A DNA stretch of 64,000 bases, taken from contig JAPMXV010000007.1 of the NCBI GenBank assembly GCA_026936335.1, forward strand, positions 186,001-250,000, written 5' to 3'. The notes under the pieces are model-generated. The model searched no databases and was not told where the DNA came from. It saw only the letters and a program-made list of their open reading frames with translations. Numbering within the stretch: the stretch's first letter is position 1; every line of letters starts with the position of its first letter. Origin of the DNA: Mantamonas sphyraenae STR306. Lineage: Eukaryota; Protista; CRuMs. Positions 1 to 14,911 of the stretch are shown here, piece by piece. The translations under genes were made by a program, and so were the position numbers.

Positions 1-3000
1 CCATCACCGCCTTGGTCTCCCTTGTTGCGTTCCTCTGCCCGCTGTGCGTTCTTGATCGTCGACAGGTAGAACGACGCCTCTGCCACCTCCTCCAGTTCAG
101 ACTGCATGCGTTGCAGGAACAGCTGGCTTGTGTCCATCCACGCCATTCCCGACCGTGTTTCCATCTGGTTCCACACACTGTTTGCATCTTTGTCCTTTCC
201 CTTCCCGCCCACGCCACCGTTGCCACCTTCTGCCCCGCTTGGCATCTGACTGCGTCGTCGGCTGCTGCTGGACAGACTGTTGTTGTTCAGCGCATTGCCA
301 ACGCCGCTCCCGCCGCTCATGCTCCCGCTTCCCGCACCACTGCTCGTGCCCGACGTGCTCTCGTCCTTGCGTCCCGGACGGCGTCGCAGCTCAGAGTACT
401 CTCGCTCCACCTGCACGTTGGTCGCAAGCACCTTTTTCAACACCTGGCCGTGAAGCTTCATCGTCACCTTGCCGCTTTCGTCAAACAGGTCCTTCACATC
501 GCCCAAGTCAGACTCCAGCAGCAACTCGTCGTCTACGTTCGACATGGCTTGGATGTAGTCTTCCAACTGTTCCAACTCGTGCTTGCCCAGCTCCGACAGA
601 CGCTCCCGCTCAAAAACAAACGGGTAGCGTGTCACGCGACGTCGCTTCAGCTCACGCAGCAGCTCATGCTTCTCCAGCGCACACAGTTCCAGGTGCTTCG
701 ACACAATGCGTGTTGTCCGGTCTCGTTCCGTTTGCGCACGCAGGATCCGTTTCATGCTGCCCATCAATTCCTCCTTCAACACCTCCAGCGATCGCAGCTG
801 CTTCACAAGCTCCTTCTCGGTGTCCATCCGAGCCTTTTCGCTCATTTCGTCGCCGTCGCCCTTTGCTTCTCCATCTTGCGTCTCTCCAGCCTCCAACTGT
901 CGCTGCAGCGTCTCCACACGCAGGTCGATCTCCTCGATGCTCTTCATCAGTTTCAGAACCTCCTCATTGTCCGGGATTGCCATGGTCAGGTTCTTTCGCA
1001 GCAACCCTTGCATTTCCAGTCGCTTGGGTTCCAGCTGCTTCAGGTTTTCCTGGATCAGCTTCAGTGGCAGATGCTCCGACCCACTCGACGCGCGCAGGGC
1101 CGCGTTCAGGTACGTGTTCACCTTGCGCCGCTCCACACTCATGTCAAAAAGCTCCTTCATCTTTTGCAGCGACCAATGCGACTCGTCAAACTGCTCCGTC
1201 AGCATGCGCTGCAACTGCCTTCGCAGAATGTCCTTGCGCTGGTCCAGGCCCTCCAGCTGCTGCTTCCACTTGAACCGCGTCTGCGAATACCCACTCCCGT
1301 GAATCATCCTGTCCTCTTGCTGCTCCACGGTCTGCGAAAAGTCATGTTGCAGCTTCTGCTCCTCCACCTCTAGCTGCTTCAGCCTGTCCAGCAGCACGTG
1401 CACTCCGGCCAATTCCGGCAGCGCAAAATGCAGCTGGCCCTCAAGGCGTCGGCGTACCGCGCGTCGATGTGCTTCCAGTTCCTGCATGTCCTTCACCAAC
1501 CGCTCCACAATGACCACCGACTCTCCGTCGCTGCCCTGTGTGCGCATCACCTCTTCAAACTCCTGCAGGTACTCTTCCTTGGCCTCTTGCAACTCCTCCA
1601 TCTCCAGGAACAGGTCATGCGTCGGGTCGTGCTCCACCCCACCGTAGAATCGCTGGATTTCCAGGTGCAGTTGGTTCATCAGCTTCTGCTTGCCCGAGTC
1701 TGCACGGCGCATCTTTTCAATCGACTCGAGCCTCGTCTCGTGCTCCTCATCCGTTTCCTCCGCGCCTTCCATCAGCAGCGACGTGTGGTTGTGGATCTGG
1801 CCCAGCAGCGACATGATTCGGTCGTCCATCACCTGCATGGCTCGTATCGTCTTGACCGGCGAGTCCACGTTGCCCGCCACCTCACCGTCTACGTTCTCCG
1901 CCAGTGAGATCACAAGCTGGTTCATCACTTCTGTGTCCTTGCGCGTGGCCTCCTGCAGCTCGCTCACGACCACTCGCTCCGGCAGCGGCATGTGCACCTC
2001 AATCTGGTTCTGAAACTCGCGCCACGACCCTTCCACCTTGATGTACATCGTCAGCATGCGCAGCAGCGGGTTGTCCGTCTCGTTTGCAAACTGCTCCTTC
2101 AGCTGCTTCTCCATTTCCAGCAGCACCTGCTCCGATTCTGTTTCCAGCGATCGGATCTGCTGTCGCAGCGCATAGTGCTGCGAGAATGTTTCCACGTCCA
2201 CCACGTGTCCACCGCGTCGCTTGCTTCCGTAGAACGTCGCCAGATCCTTTGCCACCTGCTGTCGCAGCCGCTTGCTCTCTGCCTCCAGTTCCTTGTACTG
2301 CTGCATCATGCCCAGGAGCACGTGACGAGCGTCCAACGCCTCCACCAGGCTGCGTTCCACCTGTTGCGCCATCGCTTCCTTCTGCTTCGTCAGCTCGTCA
2401 AACTCACGCACAACCGATGCACTTGGCGGGTCGGTGCGCAGAGGGTTGAACGGCAGCATCAGCTCCAGGTTCAGCCGTTGCAACAGCTCCATGCGCTCAG
2501 CGTCACCTTCACTCACGTCCACGATCAGCTGGTGGCTCACGTGTCGCGTGTCCAGCACAGCCATGTGGATCGAACCGCGCAACTGTTGGACCAGCTCCGT
2601 GCGCTGCATGTGCAGGGTGCGGACTTCGTCTGCAAGCTTTTGCATCTTGCTCACCAGCGCCACCTGCGACGTCTTGTGATCCTCCGACTTTTCGATGCGA
2701 CTCTCCACCGCCTTTGTTTGAAGGTCGTACGAACGCAGCTGGCCCAGCAAAATGCGTGCAGGGTGATCCGACGGGATCTCGCTGATGATATCTGTAAACA
2801 GCGACATCTGCATGTTGCGTTGTTGGTCGTGCAGGTCTCGGATGCGCTCCGACAGCATGCGCGATCGGAACTCGGCCTCCATCTGACTCTGCATCGTCTG
2901 CCTCTGGAACTCAAGCACCTTGAACTCGTGGAACAGCAACAGCGCCTCTTCCATGCCCTCTGGCAGCTTGCTCTTCTTCTTCTTTTTGCGTTTCATGCCC

Positions 3001-6000
3001 CCGTCATCGCTTTCCTCGTCGCTGTCTTCGTCCTCGCTGTCTTCGTCGCTGTCTTCATCAGTGCCCTCCGCCTTGGCAGTCTCCAGGGCATGCTGTGCCA
3101 GGTCGCGCAGCTGTGCATCCAACTTTGCGATCAGCTTGCGCTTTACACTCAGCGACGTGTCCAGCAGCTCCATGAGCTTCTCAGGCTGGCCGTGGTGCTT
3201 AAAGTATTGCAGTTGTTTCTGCAGCTCCTCTCGCTCCTGCTCCGTGTCCCGCAGCTTCTGCAGCGTCTCCATCGCCTCGTTCTCGTTGCCCATTTCCAGC
3301 GTCAGCTTCACGCGAAGGATCTCCTCCAGTTTGGCTTCGTTGTTGTCCAGCCTGCGCACATAGTTCTCAATCTGCTCTGTGCTCAGGTCGCCCACGCGCT
3401 TCGCCTGCTCCTTGGCCTCTTGGAACAGCTCGTCCCACTGGCTTGCGTCCATCTCGTTGAAGTCCAGATTTGACAGCAGGTGAAACGACCCTCCACTGCG
3501 CGACGACTCACGCATCAGGCCGCCCAGTTGCTCTACGGCTTCGCTGCGCCGTTCGTTCAGCGCGTTCAGTTGTTGCACAAGCTGCTCCAAAAAGTCACTG
3601 TCGCCGCTTGACGGGGCTGCACTGAGGCCCTTGCCCACGGTGCTGTTGCCCGAAGTAAGGGACTGCAGCGCCGCATGCAGGCTGCTGATCTGATACGGGA
3701 TGTCCTGTGCGGTGCTATCCAGTTCCTCGTCCAGCTGCGTCTCCAGCAACTGCCGCTTGTGTTCCAGCTCAATGATCTTTTGGATGCCCTTCATCGTCAC
3801 CTCGTCGTTCTCGTCGCCCCCTTCTTCCTCCACCACCGACGTGTACATCTCTTCCTGGAGGTGTTGCTGCAGGTCGTTCTTGGCCGCGGTCATCGTCGTG
3901 TCCACCTCGACGATCTGGTACAGAAGGTCGATTGCAGCCGAGTCGGTGGGGAACGCACGCACTGCATCGTCTTCCAACTGCACCAGCAGTTTGCGCTTCT
4001 GCAGTTGTTGGATCTTCAGACCCACCATCAGGTTTTCGTACCCGACCATCTGCACGTTCTCACCATCGGCAAACATGGCCAACAGACGCTCGCGCTGCAT
4101 GTCCATCTGACGCTCCAGCTTGCTCAGCCTCTGCAGCGTGTTGTTGATTTGCACCGACAGGCCCAAGTCGTCCATGGCGTTGGCCTGCGACTCCATTTGC
4201 AGGCTCAAACGCTTCAACGAGCGCTCGAGCACGTTGACACGCGAGCGAAGGGCATGCAAAGGCGTCTTGATCTCGCCCTTGGCTGCACTCAGTTGCAGCT
4301 GCAAGCCCAGGATGCGCGAGTCAAGCTCCTTGACCTCGCGCAACGCTGCACGTGCACGATTCTTCTTGGCTTCACTCTGCACACGGTCCACCATGTTGTT
4401 GATGCGAATGCGGATCGACTCACGGTTCATCTGTGCCGATTTGAGCTTGTCCACAATCTTCACCTCGGCCGACGGGTTGGTCGTCGTGTCCAAAGCCGGA
4501 CCGCCATCTCCTGTGCCGCTCCTTGCGTGGGACGCACTCAGCTTGGCCTTGAGCTTGTCTTCTTCCTCGTCTGCTTCCATCAGCTGCGCAAACAGCCCGC
4601 GCATCGGGTGCGTGGTGTTGAACTTGCGCTTCAGCTGTTTCTCGATTTGCGACTTGGTGGTCTCTCGGGTCACCGCAAGCTCCATCAGATCCTCCTTCAT
4701 CCGTTCCTGCAACGCGGCCGCCCCATTCTCCTCGTCCGCAGGATCCTTTGCGCGCAGCTTGGCCTGCCCTCCGTTCTCGCGCTCCAGCGTAAACATGGCC
4801 GATCGGATGCCAAACAGGCTGCCGAGCATGCCCACGGACTCGTGGTCCTCGCCCAGGTTACTGCTCAGCTCCACCTTCATCTCGTCGCACACTTCGTGGT
4901 CCATGCGCAGCAGTTCGCGCATCCTCTTCTGCGCCTCAGTCAAGCGCACCTGTCCTCCCGATGCCCCTTCGCCCTTGCCCTCCAGTGCATCCAGTGCGGA
5001 CTGTGGCACGTCACTCGCGTGCACCAGCAGACGAAGCTTGGTCGAGCCTCGTGTAAACTCCCGAAACAGGGCGCGCATATTGGCCACATTCCCACGCAGC
5101 GGATGGTTGTCCTTGGTTGCTGCGTCCACCTGATCTTGCAACAACTGCAGCTGTTGTTCTGCCTGACCCTGGCGCACGCGCAACACATAGCCACTGCGAA
5201 GCTCATCCACGAGCTCTTGGCGCACTTCCAACACCTTTTCTCGCGTGTCCTGAATGTACCTCTCCCGAAGCTCCTGTTCCGTCAGCAACTGTGTGATCAT
5301 CGCGTCCTTTTCGCTGTTGCGCAGGCGAACCTCTTCCAGGGTGCTTCGCAGCGCAGTCATCCCGCTCGGCACACCGTAGTACAGCTGAGTCATCACCTCG
5401 GTCTTCTCATCGCGCACCTTTTCAAACCGCTCCACCCACTGTTCCACCAGCTTGTCGCCCTTTTCACCCGCGTATGACCTTGACCGTGCAAACGACGTGT
5501 TTGCAAGGCGTTTCCACTGCATGTACAGGCGTCCACTGGTGGTGGCGTGTGCCTTGTGGAGGCGAGTGAGTTGCAACAACTTGAGCACGTGGCGCTTGCC
5601 CAACAGGTTGTCCTTGTTGGCCTCCAACAGAGACGACAGTCTCTTCAGACGCATCGATTTGAGCATGTCGTCTGTGGGCTGTGCGTCGCTGGCCAGGTTT
5701 AGCCCCACAAGATCGTCCAGAGCCGCCTTGTTCTTTTCGTCCACACCAGGCATCGTCTTGAACTCCTTTTTGCACTGCGCCTTGCGCATATGCGAGTGCA
5801 AGTCGGCAAGGCACGCCAGCAGCTTTGTGTCCGTGTTCCGCGTCGTGATGTGCACCGCAGCCATGTGCACCTGATCGAACAGGCGCATCAACAGGTTACG
5901 GTGCAGCTCTAGAGATTCCAGGTGCAGCATCTGTGCGCTGAAGAGGCTTGCTGCAATCTGGCGACTCGGAAGTTCGTTGTTGCTTCGCAGCGCATCGGAA

Positions 6001-9000
6001 ATGCTCTCGTGCATCGAGGCCGCCCACTGCATCATTTTGAACACGGAGAACGCCAGCGACAGGATGTTTTGATCCAACGTCTCGCCCATGATACGCGCAT
6101 GCATGGACAGGCGCATCATGCCAATGGGCAGGGTGAATCCCAGGAACGTTCCGTCGTCCGCAGCAAATGCAACGATTTGTTCGGTCAGGCGGTCCACCTC
6201 GACCATCATAGGCTTGGCCACATTGGCGTCGTACTGCTCGATGTGGTTCTGCAGTTCCGTTACCTTGGACTCCGCCACTCCGTCCAGGTCCATAATCATC
6301 TGGCCAAGCGCCACTTGCACGCCGTCCAATTGGCTTTGCAGCTCGGCCACGGACGCGTGCATACCATCCTCCGCCTTCTTCACAGCCGTTTGATACTCCA
6401 CAAAATGGTTCAGGCACGTGTTGATCTCCTGTGTCAGCGTATGCACATCCTCAATCTCCTTGCTGTCGTGCTTGAATTTTGGACTCTCGCGAATCAGCGT
6501 CGAGCGCAGCGATTCCTCTGACGACACAATCACCTGACACAACGCAACCAGATCATCCACGATCTCTTCTGGCGTGCGCATAGACACAGGAGGGTGGCCC
6601 GCACCCGTCTCGGCCGTTCCTGGGCGGCTGTCCTCCCCCACCAGAGAGGACGACGACGACGTGGATGACGAAGAAGACGACGTGGTCATGCCCGTGGCCG
6701 CATGTGCGTCCTCACCCTTGGTTGATTCCGTCGTCTTGCCTTCCTCCTCGCCCTTGTCCGATTCTGCAGATTTCCCTCCTGCCTCCTTGTCCTCCTCTGA
6801 CCCGTTCTTGGACGACGCCGACGAAGAGGAGGGCGTCTGCTCTTGTTCAGCCTTTGTATCTGCCATCTTTTCCTTTCCTTTGTCCTCCTCGGTGTCCTCT
6901 TTCGTCTCCTCGGTGGTCTCCTCCTTGCCCCCTTTCTCATTCGTGGCCTCCTCCTTGCCCTCTTCCTCCTTTGTGGGCTCATCCTTGCCCTCCTCCTCCT
7001 TCTTCTCCGTCGGCGACGAGGATTCGCCCTCCTCATCCTTCTTCACAACATCCTTCTGCACTTCCTTGGCCTCATCTTCTCCCTTGCCTTTGGCGCTGGC
7101 CTTCTCGTCGTCCTTTACATCTTTCTCGTCATCATCTTCCTTCTGTTCCTCCTCCTTTTCTTCAATCGTGGAAGACACAACCGGTGACTTGCCCTTGTTG
7201 CTGTTGTCCGCCTTCTCCTCTTCGTGATCCTCGTCCATGATGTCCACGATGTTGCTGCCGGTGTGAAAATCTTGCTTGCTGAACGTCGCCTCCAATTCGC
7301 TCACATATTCAATGGCACTGTCCATCTGCTCGAGCATGGAAACCATGGTGGCAATCGATTTGGGTGCCTTCTCGTCGCTCGACAGCATCTTGGAGATCAT
7401 CGCGTGCAGGGCGTCTCGGTACTCGTCGCACAACTGGCTTAGTTTCACCACACCCGCACGGCTTCCCACCAGCAGGTGGTCTTGATCGATGCGCACGTCG
7501 ATGCTGTCGTGTCTCGACCCGTTTCTCTTGTCTGTGTTGCCCCAGTACGCACGGCTCTTGGCCCACACTTCCTGTGGCAACTGCGACATCTTGTTTACCA
7601 CGCCCTTCAGCGCACGCTGGATCTTGTTTTCACACTCTTGAAGCGCCTTGGCGTGCTCAGTTTCCGTCTTGCTCACCGTCGGCTCAGCTGCTCGCTTGCC
7701 CTTCTTGCCGGTGCTGCTGCTCGCTTCATCTCCCCCCTCTGCCTCGCGATGGGACAGCAAAACCTCGCGCATGTCGCGCAGTTGGCTCACAGCCTGCTCG
7801 CACACACGCTGCACCTGCGCAGCTTGCTCGCTCACAGGGCCTCGCAGACGGTACGGCACCGTCAGCTTGTCGCTGGCACGTAGCAGGCCTCGCATCACCT
7901 TGGACATCTTTTCCAACACTGCCTCCTCCTCGTTCGCTTCCGCCTTGCTCCTCTGCGTCCACCAAAACCCGTCCCACACCCCGTCGTTCGCTCTTTGCTT
8001 CATCACATCAGAGTCCTGGCGTTGCACACGATCACAAACAATGCGCATCCCCTCCTCAATGGCCTCTTCCGTTTCCACAAGCAGGTTGATGGTGCCTCCC
8101 AGGCGTTCTTCGTACTCCTTCGCCGAGAATCTCGATCTTGCCTGCGCCTCCAGATCCGACACCACCTTCCACCGGCCCACGCTCGTCACAGCAAACTCCT
8201 GAGCCACCCAACCGGGCGTTCGCTTGACTGCCACCTGTGCTTCGGCCACGCTCGTGTCCACCTCTTCCATCAGATTCTTCCACACCGCATTGCTCTCCAC
8301 CTCCAATTTGCCCCACGTCTTGCGCAATTTGCGCACAGCCTTGAGATCTTTTGCCATTTCCAATCCGGCTTCCACCTCCGAGTCGCCGCTCTTGTCGTCC
8401 TTCTTTGCTGCAGAAGCTGCTGCATTCCCTCCGCCTTTCGCCGCATCCTGCGTCAACTCCGCCACGCGTTCCAAGGCCTTCTTGGCTTCCTTCTCGTCCC
8501 ATTTGGTGTCCAGCTCGTCGTCAAAGCGCACCAACAGCTCGTCTAGCTCCTCGCGCACGTCCCACAGCCGCTTGACAACCTTTTCGGCTGCCGGCCTCAT
8601 CGTCAGATCCCCATCGTGCGCGAGCACATTTAGCACAGCCGTCGGCACGAGCATGTGATGCTTCCTTTCCATGCGTGTGCGCAGCTGCAGCACCTCTTCG
8701 CCTTCCAGCTTCAGCGCGCTCAATTGCTGTGTCTGTGCACCCTGCAGTCTGTCCAGAAGCGCCATTGCTCCGGCTTGCTCTCGTTCCAGGTCCTCTTGGG
8801 TCACCTGTTGGCCTTTGTACTTCTCATTCATGGCAGCCTGCACCAAACACACACCCTGTCGCATCTGGCCGACAAGGTTGGTCACATCTGCGATCATGCT
8901 TTGCACCTGCATGCGCAATTCCAGCTCGCTGTACTGAGTCAACACCGCGTCCAACTGGCTCGTGTCTGTACCCGCGGCCTTCTTGTCCAATGTGCGCTCT

Positions 9001-12000
9001 GAAAGCACACCCACCACCACTTCGATCTGTTCGCACAGGTCCTCGCACTCCAGCAGCTTGCGCAGGCAGCTGGAGTACTCCGGGTGGCTATCGAGCATTC
9101 TGTGCATGTCTGCAAACACTGCCCGCTGCTCCTCTTGCGCATTGCTCACCTCGCTCAGCGCCTCCTGTGTGACCCCGATCGCGTTCTGCATGTGGCTCCT
9201 CACAAACGCAGAACGCGCCTCTTCCAGCCGTTCCAGAGCCGAGTTGCTCTTGTTGAACTGCGCCAACACCTCTTCCTTGTCCTTCAGATGCTTCTCCACC
9301 TCCTTTTTCACTTTTTCTCGCGATGTCTCCAGCTGATGCACCGTTGTCTCGTACACGCTCTTCATCTGCAAAGAGCTCGTCGCAAATGTCTTGGCACGGT
9401 CCTCTCCCGTCGCACGCGACAGTTCGTCCTCTTTCACGTCCAGAATCTCCTCGGGCGCCATCATCATGCTCACCTTGTCCAGCTCTCCGTCGAGGCGTTT
9501 CAGCTCCTCCAGCGACGACCGCAACACCTGCCGCCTGTGTTTAGGCACCTCTTGACGCACAATGTCGTCCAGCGAGCTCCACATTGTCTTTTTGCTCGTG
9601 TCCAGGTGCTGGTACTTCTCCGCCGCTTCCAGCAATTCCCGCTCCATGTTGAAATTCAGCATCACGTCTTTCCGCTTCACGTCCAGCGACTTGAGCTCGT
9701 TGAACAGCCGCACTGCCGCGTGGTTCGGCGCAAAATGCTTGTTCAACTGCGCCTCAAAGTCACGCAGCAAGTCCTTCTTGCGCTGTTCCAAGCTCTGCAG
9801 CTCCTCAAATGTCTGTTCCGTGTCGCTCAGCGTGCTGCTTCCATCCTGTTCCAGCAGCCGCTGCAGACGTGCGCTCTCCTCGTCCACAGCTGCCATCTCC
9901 TGCATCAGCTCCTCCATGCCTTCTACGTGTGCGCAGTACGCAAAAACCGCCTGCATGCGCTCCGAGCGCTCCGGCACAAGCTCGCCCACCTGCTCGCTGA
10001 TTTTCCGCAACAGCGGCGTGTCTCGCTCCAACTGCACTCGCAGCTCTGCACACACTCCCACACGCACCCGCTCCATCATTTTGTCAGCCACCACAAACTC
10101 GTCGTGCATCTTGCGGATTTGGTGGTCGCTCTCAAACCGCTCGCTGATCATTTCGTCCAAGTGTTCGTTGATCTGTTCGTACTCGTATCCCACCTCCTTC
10201 AGCTGCTTCTCCAGGTTCGCCGTCTCGCTTGCGTCCATGCGCGACCTCCCAGACACTGCCTTCACCTCGCGCATCAACTTGAAGTGCTGTGTGTCCAACT
10301 TGTGGATGCGCTCAGCGATCTTTTGCATCTCCGGATGCCCCCGGATTTGCAGCTGCTGCGCAAACACCTTGCGCAGAGTGGTGCGTTCGGTCTCCATCTT
10401 GAGCGCTTCACCCACCTGCTTTGACAACTCGCTCTCCTTGTGGCCGCCGCTCGCTGCCACCTCCTTGCTGTGCTCCACCAGCTCGCCTTTCACTTTCTTC
10501 TTGTCCACCTCCACGCCGCGGATGTCTCGCAGCAGCTTCTCCGTGAAGAAACCTTTGCTCACGTGTCGGTTCAGCTCGTGCTCCAAGCGCGACTGAAGCG
10601 CCTTCTTCTCTGTAACAAGCGACTCCAGCGTCGCCAGCGCCTGTCGTCCGCGCTCTGCCAGCTGCGGGTCCGCCGTCTTGCTCTGTTTCATCTGGAAGTG
10701 AATGTTCTCCAGCTCGGCACGCATCTCCTCAAACAACTGGTCCTGCACGTCTGCACTCTGGAAGATCTGCAGCAGCGGATGATCGTCGGAGGACTCTGTG
10801 CCGGCACGCTCCTGCAACTGCTGACGCAGCGCCCGCTCGCTCAGCGCATACGACTTGAGCATGGCCAGCGGATGATTCTCTCCGCCAAACTTCATCTTGT
10901 CCAGCTGTGCGTGCAGCTGTGCGTTTTCGTCGCGCATCCGCTGCCTTTCCGACTCCATCTTCTTCATGCGTCTCTCCATCGCCTCCAGCTTGGCAAGTGC
11001 CATATCGTGCTCCACGCTGCCCACCATGTCCAACTCGTCCAGCGAGCTCGTCCCCTGAAGCGGCGAACTCAGCTCACGGTGTAGGCCACTCGGCGACGGG
11101 CTGCTGCTGTTGCGCCCGCTCTCGTCTGACCCTCGCTTCATCAGCGCCCCGAGGCCGCCCTTGGCCAGCCTCGACGCAGCCATTATCTTCTTTGTGGCCG
11201 CCTTGAACGCTTCGCGTGGACGCTTTGCCTTGAGCCTGCGCGCACGCAGCGAGATCTTCTTCAGCTCGCCCGCAGCCGTTGCCAGATCGCGTGTCTGCAG
11301 AATCTTGACCCCGGCCACAATGTACGAATGGATGGAGCGCTGGTACGACGAGGCGTTGTCTGCCACGGGAGGCACCACAGCACCCACCTCCAGCAAATGC
11401 AAGGCGCACCGCACCTGGCCGTTGACGATGGCCTCCTGCAGCGGCGTGGAGCCGTTGTCGTCCGTCACGTTGACGTCTGCGCCGTCGGCCATGGTCAACA
11501 AGTGGCAGCACTCGAGCTGTCCCTCCGAGGCGGCGTAGTGCAGCGGCGTCCACCCGCGTCCGTCGCGCACGGCGATGTCTGCTCCCATCATCAGCAGAAA
11601 CATGGCAAAGTCGTTCTGGCCGAGAAAGATGGCCTCGTGCATGGTTGTCCACCCGTCCGTGTCCTTGTGGTTCACGTCTGCGCCGTTTTTGATCAGCATC
11701 TTGGCCACGTCCTTGTTTCCCTTGTTTGCACAGATGTGCAGCGTACTCCAGCCCGTCTTGTTGGTACTCTGTGCGTCTGCGCCGCGTTCCAGCAGCAGCG
11801 CAACAGCGTCGGCGTGGCCCGAGCGTGTAGCCAGAAGGATGGCGTTGGCTCCTTCCTGGTTGGCGTGTTCCAGATCCGCGCCTGCGTCCAGAAGCGTGCG
11901 GATTGCCTCCACGTCGCCACGAGAGCATGCCTCGTGCAGTGGAGTCCATCCGCTCTTGTCGGTTGCATCGACCTCGGCCTGGTGTTCCAGCAGGTGGCGG

Positions 12001-14858
12001 ATGGCCTCCGCGTTGCCCGAGCGTGCAGCCAAGTGCAACGGCGTCGCGTTCTCCTTGTTGCGCACGTTGATGTCCACGTCAGCCTCCACAATGACCTTGA
12101 CAATGTCTCCGCCGCCGTAGCAAGCATGGTGCAACGCCGTGTCGCCGGCGGCGTCGTGGATGGACGTGCTGCAGCCTTCGCGTAGCAGCAAGCGAGCACA
12201 CTCCACAAAACCCTTGTTGGCAGCCAGGTGCAACACGCACGCGTGGTCGTTGTCCAGATGGTCGATGTCTGCGTCGTAGTCAATCAGCAGCTGGGCGCAG
12301 TTTTCGCTGTTGTTCATCACCGCGTAGTACAGAGGCGTGTAGCCGTTCTTGTCCACGGCATTCACCTGCGAACCTCTGCCCAGCAGCAACTCGACCAACT
12401 CTACATTGTCGCTGCGTGCCGCAATGTGCAACACCGTGGCGCCCTCTTCGGTGGTGGCGTGCAGCGTCGCGCCGCGTTCCACCAACAGCCGCACCACATC
12501 CGTGTGCTTGGCGAACGCAGCCTCGTGGATGGGACGCCACTTGTTGTCGCCTGCAATCTCCCAGTCTGCACCGTTGTCCACAAGAGTCTCGCACAACGCC
12601 GTCATGCCCTTGCGGGCCGCAATGTGCAGCGCTGTGGCGCCTTCGTTGTTGCGCTTGTTCACCTGCGCGCCAAAGCGCAGCAGAGACTGCAGCAGCATGT
12701 CGCGCTCTTCCATGTCCATCAAATCGTCTTCAAGGAGCACCAGAAGGTGAATTGGCGTCGTGCCCACCATCGACTGTGCGTTCACGTCTGCCTTTTGTTC
12801 GATCAGGGACACCGCACACTCGGCGTTGCCCGAGAACACGGCGTGGTGCAGCGGCGTGAATCCGTTGGCGTCCTCCTCGTCGATGCTCGCGCCGGCGGAC
12901 AGCAGTCGGAAGATGTTATCCAGCGCGTTGCTGTCTGCAGCGACGTGCATGGGCACACGAGACTCCTCGTCTACCATGTCCACATCTGCTCCCAGTCGGA
13001 TCAGTGCGCTCAGGTTCTCACCGTTGTCGTTCTGTGCCGCACGATGGAGAGCGGTGCAGCCGGCCTCGTCCTGGGCCTCGAGCTTCGCGCCCTGCTTCAC
13101 CAGCCAACGGATGGCGTCCGGCGTGTCTGCAAACACAGACTCGTGCAGCGGTGTCCACTGGTTGTCATCGGTGGCTGTTACTTCCAGGCCGTGCTTCAAC
13201 AACAGCTCCATCACAGGCACGTGGCCGCCTCGAGCCGCAACGTGCATCACTGTGGTTTTCGACTCTTCGCACACCGCGTCCACAGACGCCCCATTCTCAA
13301 TCAGATACTGCACGGCCTCCACGTGGCCCTGGAATGCTGCATCGTGCAGCGGCTGCCAGTCGCTCTCTGTGCGTCCGTCCATGGTTGCGTTTGCCTTTTG
13401 AAGCGCCTGCATCATCTTTACAGACCCCACACGCGCGGCCAGGTGCATCGCTGAGGAGCCATCTGCACACAGTGCGTTCACATCTGCGTTCTGTAGGGCG
13501 GGGCGAGGCGGGGCGGGGGGCGGATGAACCCAATGTCAGCGTGTGTGCCGCGTTCTTCCCTGCACGCGTGGCGGATCCTTCTGGAAAAGCGAAAAACCCA
13601 CGTGTTTGAGCAGCAATTCGAGCACACCGGCCTCTTCCTTGGCAATGCACTCGTGCAGGGGTGTGCAATCGTTCTCGCCCTTGCGGTTGACCTGTGCGTG
13701 GTGTTGAAGCAGCAGCTCGACGCAGCCTGCATGGCCGTTGCGCGCAGCTAGATGCAGCGGCGTCGCTCCACTGTTGCTGGTTGCCTCCACCGTCGAGCCG
13801 TACTCCAGAAGCTCTTTGGCCACGTCCGTGTGTCCTCCCAACGCTGCGTAGTGCAACGGGCTGAATCCGGCCCGTTCCTGCTTGTTGACCTTGACATTCT
13901 TCGCAAGCAGCAACTGAACCACTTCCAAATTGCCCGCGTGGGCGGCCAGGTGGATCGGTGTGCCTCCATACTGTGTGCATGGCCGATGGAAACCGTGTCA
14001 GTGTGCGCATCCATCCGGGCATATCCACTCTTGTGTGTCCTCTGTGGCACGCGGTGGTTTCCGAAACGTCTTCGTCCGGAAACGCGCCGTTTGCCCGTTA
14101 CAGGATCCAAGTCGGCGCGAACGCCGTCGGTCCTCGTGAAGGCCTCGCTGCACCACTGCACTCCTCCCACACGTGTAACCTACCTCATTGGCCTGGTCGA
14201 CAAGCTTGCCCAACTCGGTGACCATCAGGTCGACAAAGATCTGGCTAGATTTGCAAACGGCCGCATGGTGCAGCAGCGTATTGCCCAACTTGTCCTGTGT
14301 TTGGTAGTCTGCTCCTCGCTCCATGAGCATGTGGAAGCACTCGTAGTGCGATCCGCGGATGGCCGCCTGCAGGGGGGTCAAGCCTGTGGGTGTGGTGAGG
14401 TTGACGGTGGCTCCTGCCTCAAGCAACACCTCCAGGGTGCGCACATGGCCTTCCACAGCCGCCAGAAACAGCGCAGTGCTCTTGTCGCTGTACATAAAGT
14501 CCACGTCTGCGCCATGCTTCAGCAGCAGCGCCACTGTCTCGTGGAACCCGCGCCTGGAGGCGTCGTACAACGCCGTCGTGTGTTGCGACGTCTGTACATC
14601 TGGCTCCGCACCGTTCTCCAGCAGCAGCTGCGTCACCTTTGGATCGGCCGTGGTTTTCGATGCCGCTGCCAGGTGGATGGCTGCCAGACCCTTGCGGATA
14701 CCGTTCAAGTTGAGGTCTTTGGTTTCGTTGATGAACTGCTGCAGGCCTTCCACGTCCTTGGATTTCACCAGGTGGAACAGTGCCTTTAGCGCCACCTGCT
14801 CCGCTTTGTTTGCTCCTCGCCCAGAAGAGGACGAGCGCGAAGCGGAACGGTTCGACAT
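1..14858 (-). CDS. Giant ankyrin-repeat + coiled-coil protein (>4,800 aa, 3' end outside window); exons 14858-14184, 13970-13602, 13490-<1
   Basis: Manual minus-strand translation gives roughly 30 ankyrin repeats (GxTPLHxAA...LLxxGAxVN) from about 14800 to 11380, then heptad-rich helical sequence and an acidic E/K/D tract (about 6600-7250). GT-AG introns at 14183-13971 and 13601-13491 join the repeats in frame. The exon 3 frame matches the open frame at position 1, so the ORF track probably omitted it for lack of a stop. The start could instead be ATG 14888 or 14882. Confidence 0.85.
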
Positions 14859-14911
14859 TGGTTGGGCGCCGGCGCGCTTCATTTGCATCTGTTCTTCCGC
14901 TCGACATTCTC

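Noticed and set aside
12-13454. Many long plus-strand ORFs rich in L/Q/H/V or Ser
   Set aside because: They are antisense shadows of the minus-strand ankyrin/coiled-coil gene, produced by biased codon usage.
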